DNA of 64,000 bases from Actinomycetota bacterium. Its GTDB lineage: Bacteria > Actinomycetota > Thermoleophilia > Gaiellales > Gaiellaceae. The stretch lies in assembly GCA_046734415.1 (NCBI GenBank), contig JBKPRD010000059.1, positions 3,595-67,594 of the forward strand. The letters run 5' to 3'. Made by a program: the position numbers and the translations under genes. This document shows positions 17,599 to 27,450 of this stretch, one piece after another. Every line of letters starts with the position of its first letter. The stretch's first letter is position 1. The notes beneath the pieces were generated by a model, which worked only from the letters and a program-made list of their open reading frames with translations, searched no databases and was not told where the DNA came from.

Positions 17599-18242
17599 AG
17601 AAGTGCTCCGGCCGCCTCCGAGCGCAGGTACTCCGCGACGGGCCCGTCGAAGACGATCCGGCCCTCGAGCAGGACGGCGACGCGGTCGGCGACGTGCTCG
17701 AGGTCCTGGACGTTCTGGGTGACGAGGACGACCGCGCCGCCCGCGTCGCGGACCGCGCGCGCGGTCTCCCACAGACGGCGGCGCTGCCTCGGGTCGAGCG
17801 CCGCCGTCGGCTCGTCCAGCAGGAGCACCTGCGGGTCGCCGAGGAGCGAGATCGCGAGGTCGAGCCGCTGGCGATTGCCGACCGAGAGCGCCGACGCCGG
17901 CCGCTCGTCGTCCGGCAGCTCGAGGCGTGCGAGCAGCGCATCCGCGCCGCCGGCGCCCTGGAGGCGCGCGAAGAGCTCGAGGTTCTGCCGCGCCGAGAGC
18001 CGGCCGTAGTGGGCCGGTCGCTGGGGCATCCAGCCGACGTGGACGCCACGTCCGACCTCGACCGAGCCACTGCTCGGGGGAAGCGCGCCGGCGAGGATCC
18101 CGAGCAGTGTCGATTTGCCCGCGCCGTTCGGCCCGACGAGGGCGAGCACCTCCCCGGCCCGCACCTCGACGTCCGCCGCCTCGAGCGCGACGTGGTCGCC
18201 GAAGCGCCGGCCGACGCCGCGCGCCGCGAGGAGAGGCGTCAC
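17595..18242 (-). CDS. ABC transporter ATP-binding protein (partner of the ABC-2 permease)
   Basis: Track ORF of 215 aa. Walker A GPNGAGKST, signature LSVGNRQRL, Walker B LLLDEPT. Confidence 0.85.
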   Translation of the reverse strand: MTPLLAARGVGRRFGDHVALEAADVEVRAGEVLALVGPNGAGKSTLLGILAGALPPSSGSVEVGRGVHVGWMPQRPAHYGRLSARQNLELFARLQGAGGADALLARLELPDDERPASALSVGNRQRLDLAISLLGDPQVLLLDEPTAALDPRQRRRLWETARAVRDAGGAVVLVTQNVQDLEHVADRVAVLLEGRIVFDGPVAEYLRSEAAGALL

Positions 18243-19501
18243 TGGCCGCTTGACCGGCGGAAGCGGCCCCGCGGCTTCTCGACCTCGGTTTCCGCCTCGG
18301 GCTCGGGCACGGGGGCGACGGGCGGCGGCTGCTCGACCTCGACCTCGAGGTCGATCGGGCCCGCGGTCCAGGGCTCGAGCCGGACGCGCTCGCCGAAGAA
18401 CTCGTAGGCGGCCCTGGCGGCGGCGAGCAGCGGCAGCGCGACGAGTATCCCCGCGAGCCCGTAGACCTCACCGCCGGCGAGCAGGCCGAAGATGACGAGC
18501 AGCGGGTGGAGCCGTAGCGCGCTACCCATCACGTTGGGGACGACGACGTGCCCCTCGACCTGGTGGATGAGCAGGAACAGGATCGCCACCCAGAGCACCG
18601 AGATCGGGTCGACGACGACCGCGTAGATCGCGGCCGGGATCGCCCCGAGCCACGGGCCGAGGTAGGGGATCAGCTCCGTCACCCCGACCCAGACACCGAA
18701 GAGGAGCGCGTACTTGTCGGCGCCCGGCACGAGGCCGACCGCCCCGAGTATCCACATCCCCACCCCGGCGCTCGCTCCGATGATGAGCGAGATCAGGAAC
18801 TGACCCTTCACGTAGCCGGCGACGGCGTGCTCCATCCGCACGAGCAGCGGCTCCGACCCCGGGTGGGGCGGGAATCGCCTGTCGATCCCTCGTGCGAGCC
18901 GGTCGAAGTCGAGCAGCATGTAGATCGAGACGACGAGCACGACGACGGCCGAGAAGAGGAACTTCCCGATCGAGATCGCCGCTCCCTCGACGAAGTCGAC
19001 GACCTTGCCGGTGTACTTGCCGACGTCCTTCTCGCGGATCTGCGTCACCCAGCGGTGGCCGCGCTCCTGCACCTTGATCGAGCCCAGGCCGTGGGTGTCG
19101 AGCCAGTGCTGAAGACGGTCGACGTCGCGATCGGCGTCGGTCGTCGGGGGCTGTCCGTGGACGACCGTAAAGTAGGTGTCGAACCGGTTTGCGGCCGTCT
19201 TCGTCTGATCGACGAGGACGGTGGCGAGACCCCAGATGACAGCGATCAGGGCCGCCGCAAACACGACGTACACGACCGCGACCGAGAAGCCGCGGCGGAT
19301 CCGGAACCGCCCGAGCTGCACGGAGCTCATCCACTTGACGAGCGGGTCGACGAGCAGCGCGATCAGGCTCGCGACGAGGAAGAGGAAGACGACGTGAAAG
19401 ACGCGGCCCGCTACGACCCAGATCAGGATCAGCAGCACCGGAAGCCCGACCAGCTGGATCCAGCGCGGGATCTGGATCTTGGGCGCAGCGCCCGGGGGCA
19501 T
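18239..19501 (-). CDS. AI-2E family transporter (PerM/UPF0118)
   Basis: ATG at 19501 inside track ORF 18239..20392 gives 420 aa. Multi-TM with the family core ..TELIPYLGPWLGAIPA..HQVEGHVVVPNVMG.. and an acidic Pro-rich tail. Confidence 0.85.
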   Translation of the reverse strand: MPPGAAPKIQIPRWIQLVGLPVLLILIWVVAGRVFHVVFLFLVASLIALLVDPLVKWMSSVQLGRFRIRRGFSVAVVYVVFAAALIAVIWGLATVLVDQTKTAANRFDTYFTVVHGQPPTTDADRDVDRLQHWLDTHGLGSIKVQERGHRWVTQIREKDVGKYTGKVVDFVEGAAISIGKFLFSAVVVLVVSIYMLLDFDRLARGIDRRFPPHPGSEPLLVRMEHAVAGYVKGQFLISLIIGASAGVGMWILGAVGLVPGADKYALLFGVWVGVTELIPYLGPWLGAIPAAIYAVVVDPISVLWVAILFLLIHQVEGHVVVPNVMGSALRLHPLLVIFGLLAGGEVYGLAGILVALPLLAAARAAYEFFGERVRLEPWTAGPIDLEVEVEQPPPVAPVPEPEAETEVEKPRGRFRRSSGQ

Positions 19502-19660
19502 CGCGAGGATCGTACCGCGCGTGCCGTACGCCCACGCCCGAGCGTGTGGGACTGGTCGCTCGACATGGAGGGCTCGCTGGCGCTCGATCGGGAGGAGAGC
19601 TGGCTCGATTCGGTCCCTACCCGGTTGAAGGTGCACGGCCCCTCGGCTACGGTGCCGCCG

Positions 19661-20437
19661 ATGCACTCCGTCCCCGCCTACCGGCGGTCGGAGCGCCGCG
19701 CGCCCAGAGTCGCCCGTCGCGCCCGCCGCCGTGCCTTTCTGACGCTCATCGCACTTGCCTTCGTGGTCGTGCTGTTCCTGGCGGCGTTCCGCCCGGGTTC
19801 CTCGACGCCGGTCGTCGGGGTCGGCGTGCCCGCGAGCGCATCGCGCCTGCTGCCCGCAGGTCCCCCCACGCCCCTCGTCATCGCCACCCACGGCCCGCTG
19901 CACATCCAGCTGCCGGTGAACGAGCGGAACGTGACTGCGATCGGCTACCACGGCGCCGGCGAGGACGTGCTGGCGCTCGATCCGCTCGGGCGCCAGGCCA
20001 ACGAGGGCCTCTTCTCCCGCCTCGTCCATCGGATCTTCGGAGGCGCCGGCGGCGGCGTCGCCTACTACCAGCTCGGCGGCGGCGATGGCCCGTCGACGGG
20101 CTCGCTGAACGTCGGCGCCGCGCCGGGGACGGACGTCTACTCGCCGGTCGACGGCACGATCGTCGGGCTGCGCGACAACGTCCTCGACGGCATGGCCTAC
20201 GGCTCGGTGATCGACATCCAACCCTCCGACGAGCCGTCCGTCGTCCTCTCGATCACGCACCTCCGCCCCGATCCGGCGCTGCGGGTCGGATCGACGGTCT
20301 CGAGCCGAACGTCGAGAATCGGCTCGGTGCTGGACTTCGCCGGCGTCGAGCGCCTCGCGCTCGCGCGGTACACCCAGGACGCCGGCAACCACGTCGCGAT
20401 CTCGGTGCGCTCCGCCACTACCGTGCCGCTGCGCTAG
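19661..20437 (+). CDS. Membrane-anchored LytM/M23-like domain protein, probably catalytically degenerate
   Basis: ATG at 19661 within track ORF 18548..20437 gives 258 aa. Basic N-terminus plus TM (AFLTLIALAFVVVLFLAAF). M23-like beta core DVYSPVDGTIVGL...SVVLSITHL. I do not see a complete HxxxD/HxH metal set. Confidence 0.6.
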   Translation: MHSVPAYRRSERRAPRVARRARRRAFLTLIALAFVVVLFLAAFRPGSSTPVVGVGVPASASRLLPAGPPTPLVIATHGPLHIQLPVNERNVTAIGYHGAGEDVLALDPLGRQANEGLFSRLVHRIFGGAGGGVAYYQLGGGDGPSTGSLNVGAAPGTDVYSPVDGTIVGLRDNVLDGMAYGSVIDIQPSDEPSVVLSITHLRPDPALRVGSTVSSRTSRIGSVLDFAGVERLALARYTQDAGNHVAISVRSATTVPLR

Positions 20438-20448
20438 AAGCCGGTCGG

Positions 20449-21228
20449 GTGCGCATCCTCTTCCTCGCCGACGTCTTCGGCACGGCCGGACGGCACGCGG
20501 TCGAGCAGCGGCTGCCGGCGCTCCGGGACGAGCTCGGCGCCGGCTTCTGCATCGTCAACGGCGAGAACGCGGCCGACGGCAAGGGCCTGACGCCCCGCCT
20601 CGCGGACAAGCTGCTCGCGGCCGGGGCGGATGTTGTCACGCTGGGCAACCACGTCTGGGCCCGCGACGAGATCGGGCCCTACCTCGCCGCCTCCGAGCGG
20701 GTGATCAGGCCGGCGAACACTGCCTCGGGCTCGCCGGGCCGCGGACTCGCGATCGCTCCGGCCGCGGACGGGACGGAGGTGGCGGTCGTCAACCTGCTGG
20801 GTTGGCTCTTCCTCGACGTCGTCTGCGGGCCCTTTGAGGTCGTCGACGACGTGGTCGAGCAGGCCCGCGCCCACACGCCGGTCGTCGTCGTCGACTTCCA
20901 CGCCGAGGCGACGAGCGAGAAGGTCGCGCTCGCGCGGTACCTCGACGGCCGCGTGACGGCCGTCGTCGGCACTCACACCCACGTGCAGACGAACGACGCG
21001 CGGGTCCAGCCGGGCGGCACGGCCGCGATCACCGACGCCGGAATGACGGGACCCCACGACTCCGTGATCGGCGTCGAGGCCGACCTCGCGATCAGGCGGA
21101 TGCGGACCGGGATGCCGGTCAGGTTCCGCCCGGCCGAGGGCGGCGTGCGGCTCGAGGGCGTCGTCCTCGACTGCAACGCGGACGGACGCGCGACCGCTAT
21201 CGAGCCGCTGCGGATCGAGCTCGGATAG
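20449..21228 (+). CDS. YmdB-family metallophosphoesterase (2',3'-cyclic-nucleotide phosphodiesterase-like)
   Basis: GTG at 20449 within track ORF 19546..21228 gives 259 aa: VRILFLADVFG, NGENAADGKG, TLGNHVW, DFHAEATSEK, GTHTHVQTND. Confidence 0.85.
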   Translation: MRILFLADVFGTAGRHAVEQRLPALRDELGAGFCIVNGENAADGKGLTPRLADKLLAAGADVVTLGNHVWARDEIGPYLAASERVIRPANTASGSPGRGLAIAPAADGTEVAVVNLLGWLFLDVVCGPFEVVDDVVEQARAHTPVVVVDFHAEATSEKVALARYLDGRVTAVVGTHTHVQTNDARVQPGGTAAITDAGMTGPHDSVIGVEADLAIRRMRTGMPVRFRPAEGGVRLEGVVLDCNADGRATAIEPLRIELG

Positions 21229-22447
21229 GGACGAGCAGAGCGGCGAGCAGCCCGACCATGACGAGGTCGCGCGCGAGCACGAGCCACGACGGCAGCGCGC
21301 TGAACAGCAGCACGAGATCCCAGTAACGGAAGGGGAACCAGAGCTGGGTGAGGACGAGCGCGAGCGCGAGGATCGCCCCCGCGACGCCGCCGCGCCGCCC
21401 GCGGACGAGCGGAACGAGCGGGACGAGCCAGATCAGGAACTGCGGCGAGAACACCTTCCCGAAGACGATGAAGGCGCAGACGGTCGCGGCGAAGGCCCGC
21501 ACGAGCCGGTCGCGCTCCATCGGCCCGCGCGCGAACCAGACCCAGACGGCCACGACGGCGGCGATCTGGAGGGCGGTCTGGAGCACGGCGATCGCGTCCG
21601 GCCCCCCGCCGGCGAGGTTCTGGGAGCCGTGGCTCGACTTCATCGTGATGCCGACGCCCGCGACCTGGTGCAGCACGAGCAGCACCCCGGCGCCGAGCGA
21701 CTCGATCTGGAGCGGCCGGTCGCTCTGGCGGGTGATGCTCTCCCAGAGTCCGTGCGGCGAAAGCGCGAGGAACGGGACGAAGCAGGCGACGACCACCGCG
21801 GCGAACACTGCGAGCGAGACCAGCGCCGCCCGTCGCCCGGAGCGTCGCCAGATCCAGATCCCGGCGACCGGGACGAGCACGACCGGATAGAGCTTCGCCG
21901 CGACGGCGAGGCCGAGGACGGCCGAGCCGAGCCGGTCGCGCCCGGCGAGCAGGGCCGCGAGGGCGCCGACGCTGAGTGCCGCAGGCCACAGGTCGAAGCG
22001 CGAGAGGACGACGGAGCCGAGCAGGAGCGGCGCGAGCGCGGTGAAGCCGAGCGCAAGGGCGAGCCGCACCGGGCCGGCGTCGAGGGCAAGGAGCGCCGCC
22101 AGCACGAACAGCACCGCGAGCCCGCCGCACACCAGCATCTCCGCCTCGAACCCGTCGCGGTAGCGGTCCAGGTCCCCGTCGGGCGAGCGAAGCAGCGACG
22201 GGATCGCGAAGACCGGCAGCGCGCCCGGCGGGTACTCGAGCGCGAAGTCGCGGTACGGCACCTTCCCGTTCGCGATCGCGTCGCCATAGTTCTGGTACAC
22301 GGGCGTGTCGACGATCTGGTCGTGCCGGTAGAAGCCGCGGTGGAGAACGGCCCACGCCCCGCCGAACACCGCGAGCGCCAGCGCCGCCGCGATCACGGCG
22401 CGCCGCGGGTCAGCCGGCTGGGACCAGCTCGCGAGCCTGGTGCTCAT
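21197..22447 (-). CDS. Polytopic membrane glycosyltransferase-like protein (GT-C fold, DUF2029/GT87-like)
   Basis: Track ORF of 416 aa. N-terminal loop TPVYQNYGDAIANGKVPYRDFALEYPPGALP is typical of DUF2029/mannosyltransferase-like proteins, followed by ~10 TM. Confidence 0.75.
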   Translation of the reverse strand: MSTRLASWSQPADPRRAVIAAALALAVFGGAWAVLHRGFYRHDQIVDTPVYQNYGDAIANGKVPYRDFALEYPPGALPVFAIPSLLRSPDGDLDRYRDGFEAEMLVCGGLAVLFVLAALLALDAGPVRLALALGFTALAPLLLGSVVLSRFDLWPAALSVGALAALLAGRDRLGSAVLGLAVAAKLYPVVLVPVAGIWIWRRSGRRAALVSLAVFAAVVVACFVPFLALSPHGLWESITRQSDRPLQIESLGAGVLLVLHQVAGVGITMKSSHGSQNLAGGGPDAIAVLQTALQIAAVVAVWVWFARGPMERDRLVRAFAATVCAFIVFGKVFSPQFLIWLVPLVPLVRGRRGGVAGAILALALVLTQLWFPFRYWDLVLLFSALPSWLVLARDLVMVGLLAALLVPIRARSAAAR

Positions 22448-24206
22448 CCGTCGAGAGGACCCGCGCCTCCGCGCGCCTCGGCTCCGCGGCCAGCACCGCG
22501 TACGCGACGAAGCCGAAGAACCACGGGAGGTAGAGGTAGAACCAGTGGGTGAGGACGGCCTCGAACCCGATCAGCAGCGCGCCGGTGAAGGCGGCCAGCT
22601 GGAGCGGCGTCTTCCTCCGCGGGACGAAGACGAGCGCGACCGCGCCGGCGACCAGCGCGACCTCGAGCACCTGGTGGATCAGGGAAAGGTCGGGCAGACC
22701 GGCCGCGTGGTACTGGCCCCAGTCCCAGATCGAGAACGGGGACTGGCGATCGATCTGCGTCGGGATCGTCCGGTCCCAGAAGACGCGTGCCGCGTGGAGC
22801 GGGTTCGGCTCGAGCAGCAGCACCCAGAACGCCGCGACAGTGGCCAGCGCGAAGCCCGCTGCGAAGCGGAGCGCCGTCCCGCGGCTCCGGCGGAGGTCGG
22901 GGTAGGTCGCCCACATCGGGGCGACGATCAGCGTGGCGAACTTCGTCCAGCCCGCGAGCCCGGCAAAGAAGCCGCGCGCCCAGTGCGAGGTGGAGAGCAG
23001 GAACCCCCAGATCAGGAAGGCGGGCATGATCGCGTCGTTCGAGTTCGAGTTCGACGCGTACTGCGTGAACGGGTAGGCGGCCCAGGCGAAGGCGAGCGTC
23101 ACCCCGAGCCTGGCGCCTCCGAACCGCCACCCCACGAGCCCCAGCCCGACCAGACAGAGCATGTCGAACACGATCGACGTGAAGTGCGCGGAGCGCAGCC
23201 TGTCCCACTTGCCGCTCCAGCCGAAGAGCGCGTAGCCGGGGATGTAAGAGAGGTAGGAGATGGGACCGTACGTGTCGCCGTTCGGGTTCGCCGACTCGCA
23301 GCGCCCGTTCGTCTGGATCCGGTCGCGGATCTCGCCGTTGCGGTCGGCCGGGCCGCACGGCTTTCGGTCGTCCTCGACCGGAAAGTGGCCGTACGGTGAC
23401 TGCCCGTGGACGATCCGGTCGGCGCCGATCGGGCCCGCGTAGCCGACGTCGATCACGTTCGAGGCCCGGATGTTGAGCCCGATCTTGAACCCGCCGAGGA
23501 AGACCGTCGCCGCCGCCAGCAGCCAGACGGGCCAGAGCGGGCGCGACGTCGGCGGCGGGCGGTCGCGGACGCCGATCCAGATCGTGCGCGCGAGCAGGTA
23601 GGCGAGTCCCGGGTAGACGAGCGAAGAGCTGGCAAAGACATGCCCGTGGTTGAAGTACCAGAGGGAGACGGAGAACGAGAGCAGCGCGAGCAGATCGAGG
23701 TTCCGGAGGCTGAGCGGCCGCCGCCAGTCGCCGAGGCCGATCAGGAACGCGGCGCAGAGGCCAAGCCAGACGGGCAGGCCGTTGATCTTCTTGCCGCCGA
23801 ACGCCCCCCGGCCGCCGCGGGCCATCAACCACGCGACCTGCGGCCCCGTCCACGCCTCCGTGACGATCGCGCTCAGGTCGTCGACCCGGCCTCCCGCGAT
23901 CTGCCCCGCCTTCCCCGACCAGACCTTGGCGTCCCAGTCGTGGTAAGTCGAGTCGTAGGTCGCCTGCTTGATCAGGCTCGACTTCGGATACCTGCTCAGC
24001 CAGTGCTTCACCTTCGGCACGGCCATGAACGCCAGCAGCGCCTGCTGCTCGGTCAGCACCGGCTTCGGAGCAGCAGGCGCATACGGGGCCTCGACCAGAC
24101 GTCCGCGCTCGTCGTAGACCGGCCCGCGGGGCTGCGCGGCGTGCGCATGGGCCGCGGCAGCGAGCGCGACGACGACGAGCGCAGCGGCTGCGGCGATGCG
24201 CACCAC
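22410..24206 (-). CDS. Large polytopic membrane protein, GT-C/DUF2029-like, with an N-terminal extracytoplasmic PepSY-like module
   Basis: GTG at 24206 (residue 71 of track ORF 22410..24416) gives 598 aa. Has a signal/TM, then ..LTEQQALLAFMAVPKVKHWL..DWDAKVW.., then many TM with ..SYLSYIPGYALFG... It starts 3 nt after the gtrA-like stop. Confidence 0.7.
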   Translation of the reverse strand: MVRIAAAAALVVVALAAAAHAHAAQPRGPVYDERGRLVEAPYAPAAPKPVLTEQQALLAFMAVPKVKHWLSRYPKSSLIKQATYDSTYHDWDAKVWSGKAGQIAGGRVDDLSAIVTEAWTGPQVAWLMARGGRGAFGGKKINGLPVWLGLCAAFLIGLGDWRRPLSLRNLDLLALLSFSVSLWYFNHGHVFASSSLVYPGLAYLLARTIWIGVRDRPPPTSRPLWPVWLLAAATVFLGGFKIGLNIRASNVIDVGYAGPIGADRIVHGQSPYGHFPVEDDRKPCGPADRNGEIRDRIQTNGRCESANPNGDTYGPISYLSYIPGYALFGWSGKWDRLRSAHFTSIVFDMLCLVGLGLVGWRFGGARLGVTLAFAWAAYPFTQYASNSNSNDAIMPAFLIWGFLLSTSHWARGFFAGLAGWTKFATLIVAPMWATYPDLRRSRGTALRFAAGFALATVAAFWVLLLEPNPLHAARVFWDRTIPTQIDRQSPFSIWDWGQYHAAGLPDLSLIHQVLEVALVAGAVALVFVPRRKTPLQLAAFTGALLIGFEAVLTHWFYLYLPWFFGFVAYAVLAAEPRRAEARVLSTDEHQARELVPAG

Positions 24207-24208
24207 GG

Positions 24209-24646
24209 CTACCGCCGGAACGACCAGAGCTTGTTCGCGCTGAAGCTGAAGGGCATCACCAGGATGACCGCGATCGCCTGCCCGACGATCTTCCCCGCGC
24301 CGAGGGCGACGAGACCGCGCAGGATCAGGAGGTTCAGCGCGAGCGCCATGACCGAGACCGCGAGGAAGCGCATCCCCTGGTAGTACACGTGGCCCCGGCG
24401 GTGCCGAAACGTCCACTGCCGGTTCCAGAAGTAGTTGTTCGAGACGGCGACGACGAACGAGCAGACCGCCGCAGGCAGGTAGTGCAGGCCGACGACGTCG
24501 AGCAGCACGACGTAGACGACGAGGTTGACGACGTAGCCGCTCGCCCCGACGACCGAGAACTTGAACAGCTCGATCCAGTTCTGCGGGCGGCGCAGCGCAC
24601 GGCCGGCGCGCGCGACCGCGATGCCCGCTGCCGTCGGTCGCGCCAC
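24209..24646 (-). CDS. GtrA-family membrane protein (polyprenol-sugar handling)
   Basis: Track ORF of 145 aa, 4 TM. ELFKFSVVGASGYVVNLVVYVVL ... NNYFWNRQWTF is the GtrA signature. Confidence 0.8.
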   Translation of the reverse strand: MARPTAAGIAVARAGRALRRPQNWIELFKFSVVGASGYVVNLVVYVVLLDVVGLHYLPAAVCSFVVAVSNNYFWNRQWTFRHRRGHVYYQGMRFLAVSVMALALNLLILRGLVALGAGKIVGQAIAVILVMPFSFSANKLWSFRR

Positions 24647-24671
24647 GCAGCGAGCGTAGCGGAACGTCCCG

Positions 24672-24947
24672 CTAGCCGATCACGAAGCCCTGCTCGCCCG
24701 TCGCCTCCAGCGGCTCGACCTGGATCGCGTCGACTCGGGCGCCGCGCGGGCCATGCCGGAACCAGTCGACTAGCAGGTCGATTCGCTCGGGAGGACCTTC
24801 CAGCTCCGCCTCGACCGTTCCGTCCGGGTTGTTCCTGACCCAGCCCGCGACCTCGAGCGATCGCGCCCTCGCGCGGGCAGTGGCGCGGAAGCCGACGGCC
24901 TGGACGAAGCCGCGGACGACGACGCGGACGCGTCGCCGGTCAGCCAC
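24672..24947 (-). CDS. acyP: Acylphosphatase
   Basis: Track ORF of 91 aa: [16 protein letters not shown]...[12 protein letters not shown], the classic acylphosphatase motifs. Confidence 0.85.
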   Translation of the reverse strand: MADRRRVRVVVRGFVQAVGFRATARARARSLEVAGWVRNNPDGTVEAELEGPPERIDLLVDWFRHGPRGARVDAIQVEPLEATGEQGFVIG

Positions 24948-25593
24948 GCTCGAAGCCCTCGGCGCCGACGAGCGGCACGAACCGACACGGCACCGAACGC
25001 AGCACCGCCGGACCCTCAGGGCTGCGAACGACGAGCTGCAGCTCCTGGCCGCGCCGGCCGCCGATCGGGATCGCTATGCGGCCTCCGGGCTCGAGCTGGT
25101 CGTAGAGAGAGGGCGGCACCTCGGGCGCGGCGGCCGCGACCGCGATCGCTCCGAACGGGGCGTGCTCGGGCAGCCCGAGCGTGCCGTCGCCGACGTGGAC
25201 CTGTACGCGCTCGTAGCCGGCAGCGGCCAGGGCCGCGCGGGCGGCCTCGGCGAGCACCGGCAGCCGCTCGATCGTGTGAACGTCCGCCGCGAGCTCTGCG
25301 AGCACCGCCGCCTGATAGCCCGAGCCGGTGCCGACGTCCAGCACGCGTTCGTCGCCGCGCAGCGCCAACACCTCGCAGATCCGGGCGACCATGTAGGGCT
25401 GCGAGATCGTCTGCCCTTCGGCGATCGGGAGCGCGGCGTCCTCGTACGCGCGGCGGCGGTGCTCCGCCGGCACGAAGACCTCGCGCGGGACGCGCTCCAT
25501 CGCCGCGAGCACCCGCTCGTCCGCGATGTCCCGGCCACGCAGCTGCTGGTCGACCATGCGCCGGCGCGCGGCAGCGAAGTCGTCAGACGACAC
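24940..25593 (-). CDS. pcm: Protein-L-isoaspartate O-methyltransferase
   Basis: GTG at 25593 inside track ORF 24940..26283 gives 217 aa: ..[11 protein letters not shown].., [16 protein letters not shown], ..[16 protein letters not shown]... Confidence 0.85.
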   Translation of the reverse strand: MSSDDFAAARRRMVDQQLRGRDIADERVLAAMERVPREVFVPAEHRRRAYEDAALPIAEGQTISQPYMVARICEVLALRGDERVLDVGTGSGYQAAVLAELAADVHTIERLPVLAEAARAALAAAGYERVQVHVGDGTLGLPEHAPFGAIAVAAAAPEVPPSLYDQLEPGGRIAIPIGGRRGQELQLVVRSPEGPAVLRSVPCRFVPLVGAEGFERG

Positions 25594-26932
25594 CGGATGC
25601 CACCGCGAACCGGGCGACGACCCCGGGCGCGATCTCCGTGATGCTCCCGGGCGGGCTCTCGAGCCCGACGGTGAGCATCGGCACCTCGGAGTCCCCGGCG
25701 CAGAGCGACCCGTGGCTGCCGCCACCCGCGTGATGGCGGCCGCCGAGGTCCGTGAACTCCCAGCCCTCGGACGCGGAGACGAGCACGTCCCCCGCGTTCG
25801 GATTGGCGAGCGCCGCCCACGCGCGGGCGAGCGCGTCCGGGTGGTCGAGCACGGCGGGATCGCCGTCGCTCCGAAAGGCGCCGTTCTCGGGACGGAAGCG
25901 CAGCTCCTCACGGTCGCGCCGCGCGACCGCGTCCGCGCCTTCGCGGAAGAGCACGACCTCCGCCGCCTCGTGCCCGTCGAGGCGCTCGGCGAGCGCGCGC
26001 ACGTCCTCGCGGCAGCGGGGGAGGCGGTACACCTGGGCGGCGCGGTTCGAGGCGCAGACGGCGACGTCGGCGCGCAGCTCGCGGCCGCGGAAGACTCGGA
26101 GGTCGCCGTAGGCGGCCTCGAGCGGCGCCGCCGAGTGCACCTGGGTCTGGCCGTGGTCCGAGCAGAGGACGAGGTCGTAGCGGTCGAGGAACTCGTCGAG
26201 CCCGCCCGCCGCCTCGAGCAGGGCGGCGACGGCGCGGTCGGCGTCGCCGAGCTTCTCGGCGGCGCCCTCGGGCCCGAGCGCATGGGACGCGTAGTCGTAG
26301 TCGGAGAGGTAGTAGACGAGGAAGTCGAAGCCGTCGCGCGTGACGAGCCACCGGCCGACCGCCGCTGCGTAGGCGTCGATCGAACCCGCTCCGCGCTTCC
26401 GGACGGCGAGCGGCGCGCCCGTCTCGTCCGACTCGAACAGGTTGTAGAAGAAGAACCGCTCGGGGCCGAGCGCGCGCCGCGTCACCCCCGGGAGCACCGT
26501 CCGGTGCTCCGTGCGCCCGCGGTAGCACGTGAAGTTGATCGCCGCTGTGACGAAGCCGGCATCGTGTAGTGCCTCGAAGACGGTCGTCGCGTCCGGCGCG
26601 AGGTGACGGCCGTTCATGTTGAAGATGGTGTCCAGGATCGAGCGGCGTGTGCCGGCGACGACGACGGCGCCGAGTGACGACCCGTACTCGACCAGTCGGC
26701 GCTCGCTGCGGTCGTACCAGACGAGGTGGGGGATCCGGTGGACGTCCGGATGCGCGCCGGTCGCGATCGAGGAGGCGCAGACGGGCGTCAGCGAAGGGAA
26801 GGTCGAGAGTGCGCGGCGGTACGTGCCTTCGCGCGCGAGAGCGGCCAGGGCTGGTGCATCACCGCTCTCGACGGCGCGTTCGAAGACGGCCGGGGTCAGC
26901 CCGTCGATCACGATCAGAACGAGCTTCTTCAT
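25583..26932 (-). CDS. Alkaline-phosphatase-superfamily enzyme (type I phosphodiesterase/nucleotide pyrophosphatase family)
   Basis: Track ORF of 449 aa: MKKLVLIVIDGLTP (metal Asp), ..FPSLTPVCASSIATG (nucleophile region).., ..CSDHGQT.., ..GSHGS... Confidence 0.8.
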   Translation of the reverse strand: MKKLVLIVIDGLTPAVFERAVESGDAPALAALAREGTYRRALSTFPSLTPVCASSIATGAHPDVHRIPHLVWYDRSERRLVEYGSSLGAVVVAGTRRSILDTIFNMNGRHLAPDATTVFEALHDAGFVTAAINFTCYRGRTEHRTVLPGVTRRALGPERFFFYNLFESDETGAPLAVRKRGAGSIDAYAAAVGRWLVTRDGFDFLVYYLSDYDYASHALGPEGAAEKLGDADRAVAALLEAAGGLDEFLDRYDLVLCSDHGQTQVHSAAPLEAAYGDLRVFRGRELRADVAVCASNRAAQVYRLPRCREDVRALAERLDGHEAAEVVLFREGADAVARRDREELRFRPENGAFRSDGDPAVLDHPDALARAWAALANPNAGDVLVSASEGWEFTDLGGRHHAGGGSHGSLCAGDSEVPMLTVGLESPPGSITEIAPGVVARFAVASGVV

Positions 26933-26939
26933 CCGGACG

Positions 26940-27365
26940 TCAGTCCTTGGCGAGGATGCGGAGCCCTGCGTAGCGACGGTCGCCGCGGCGCCGCATCCGG
27001 TGCGCGAGCAGCGGCGCGAAGACAGCCTCGGCGTAGCCGAGGGCGGGCACGAACGCGAGCGCGGCGACGAGCAGCCCGGCGAGCACGACGATCACCGCGA
27101 TCCCGAACCGGGTGCCGCCGGCACGGAGGGCGCCGGCCACGACGGGGACAGCCGAGAGCGAGCCGAGGAACCCGCCCAGCGCGCCGCCGATCACCTCGCC
27201 CCAGTCCCCGACGAGGAATCCGATCCCGATCCCCGCGGCGACGCCGAGCGCGGCCGCGATCGCGGCGACGGTCGCCGGCTTCCCCTGCGGCACGAGCGCG
27301 CCGAGGACGATGCCCGCGGCTACGGCGAGGCCGGTCGCGACGCCGATCCAGTACCAGGCCCCCAT
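26940..27365 (-). CDS. Hypothetical Gly/Ala-rich membrane protein (4 TM)
   Basis: Track ORF of 141 aa. Hydrophobic Gly-zipper-like helices and a basic C-terminal tail (HRMRRRGDRRYAGLRILAKD). No recognised family. Confidence 0.5.
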   Translation of the reverse strand: MGAWYWIGVATGLAVAAGIVLGALVPQGKPATVAAIAAALGVAAGIGIGFLVGDWGEVIGGALGGFLGSLSAVPVVAGALRAGGTRFGIAVIVVLAGLLVAALAFVPALGYAEAVFAPLLAHRMRRRGDRRYAGLRILAKD

Positions 27366-27450
27366 CCCCGCGGCCAGTCTAGCCCGACCTTGACGTTCTC
27401 CTTACAGGATCCCCGTTTCGCGTCGAGGGGCGGCCGGGTAGAAACGAGTC

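Noticed and set aside
14012-18070. 1352-aa minus-strand ORF (with similar giants at 1380..3920, 27750..29561, 29820..32384, 47716..50268 and 16270..18471)
   Set aside because: These are read-through frames created by the scarcity of stop codons in very GC-rich DNA. Only the C-terminal parts have recognisable domains (hemL, mqnE/C, E2, E1a, XDH, ABC-2). The N-terminal parts are Arg/Pro/Ala/Gly-rich and overlap better genes in other frames.
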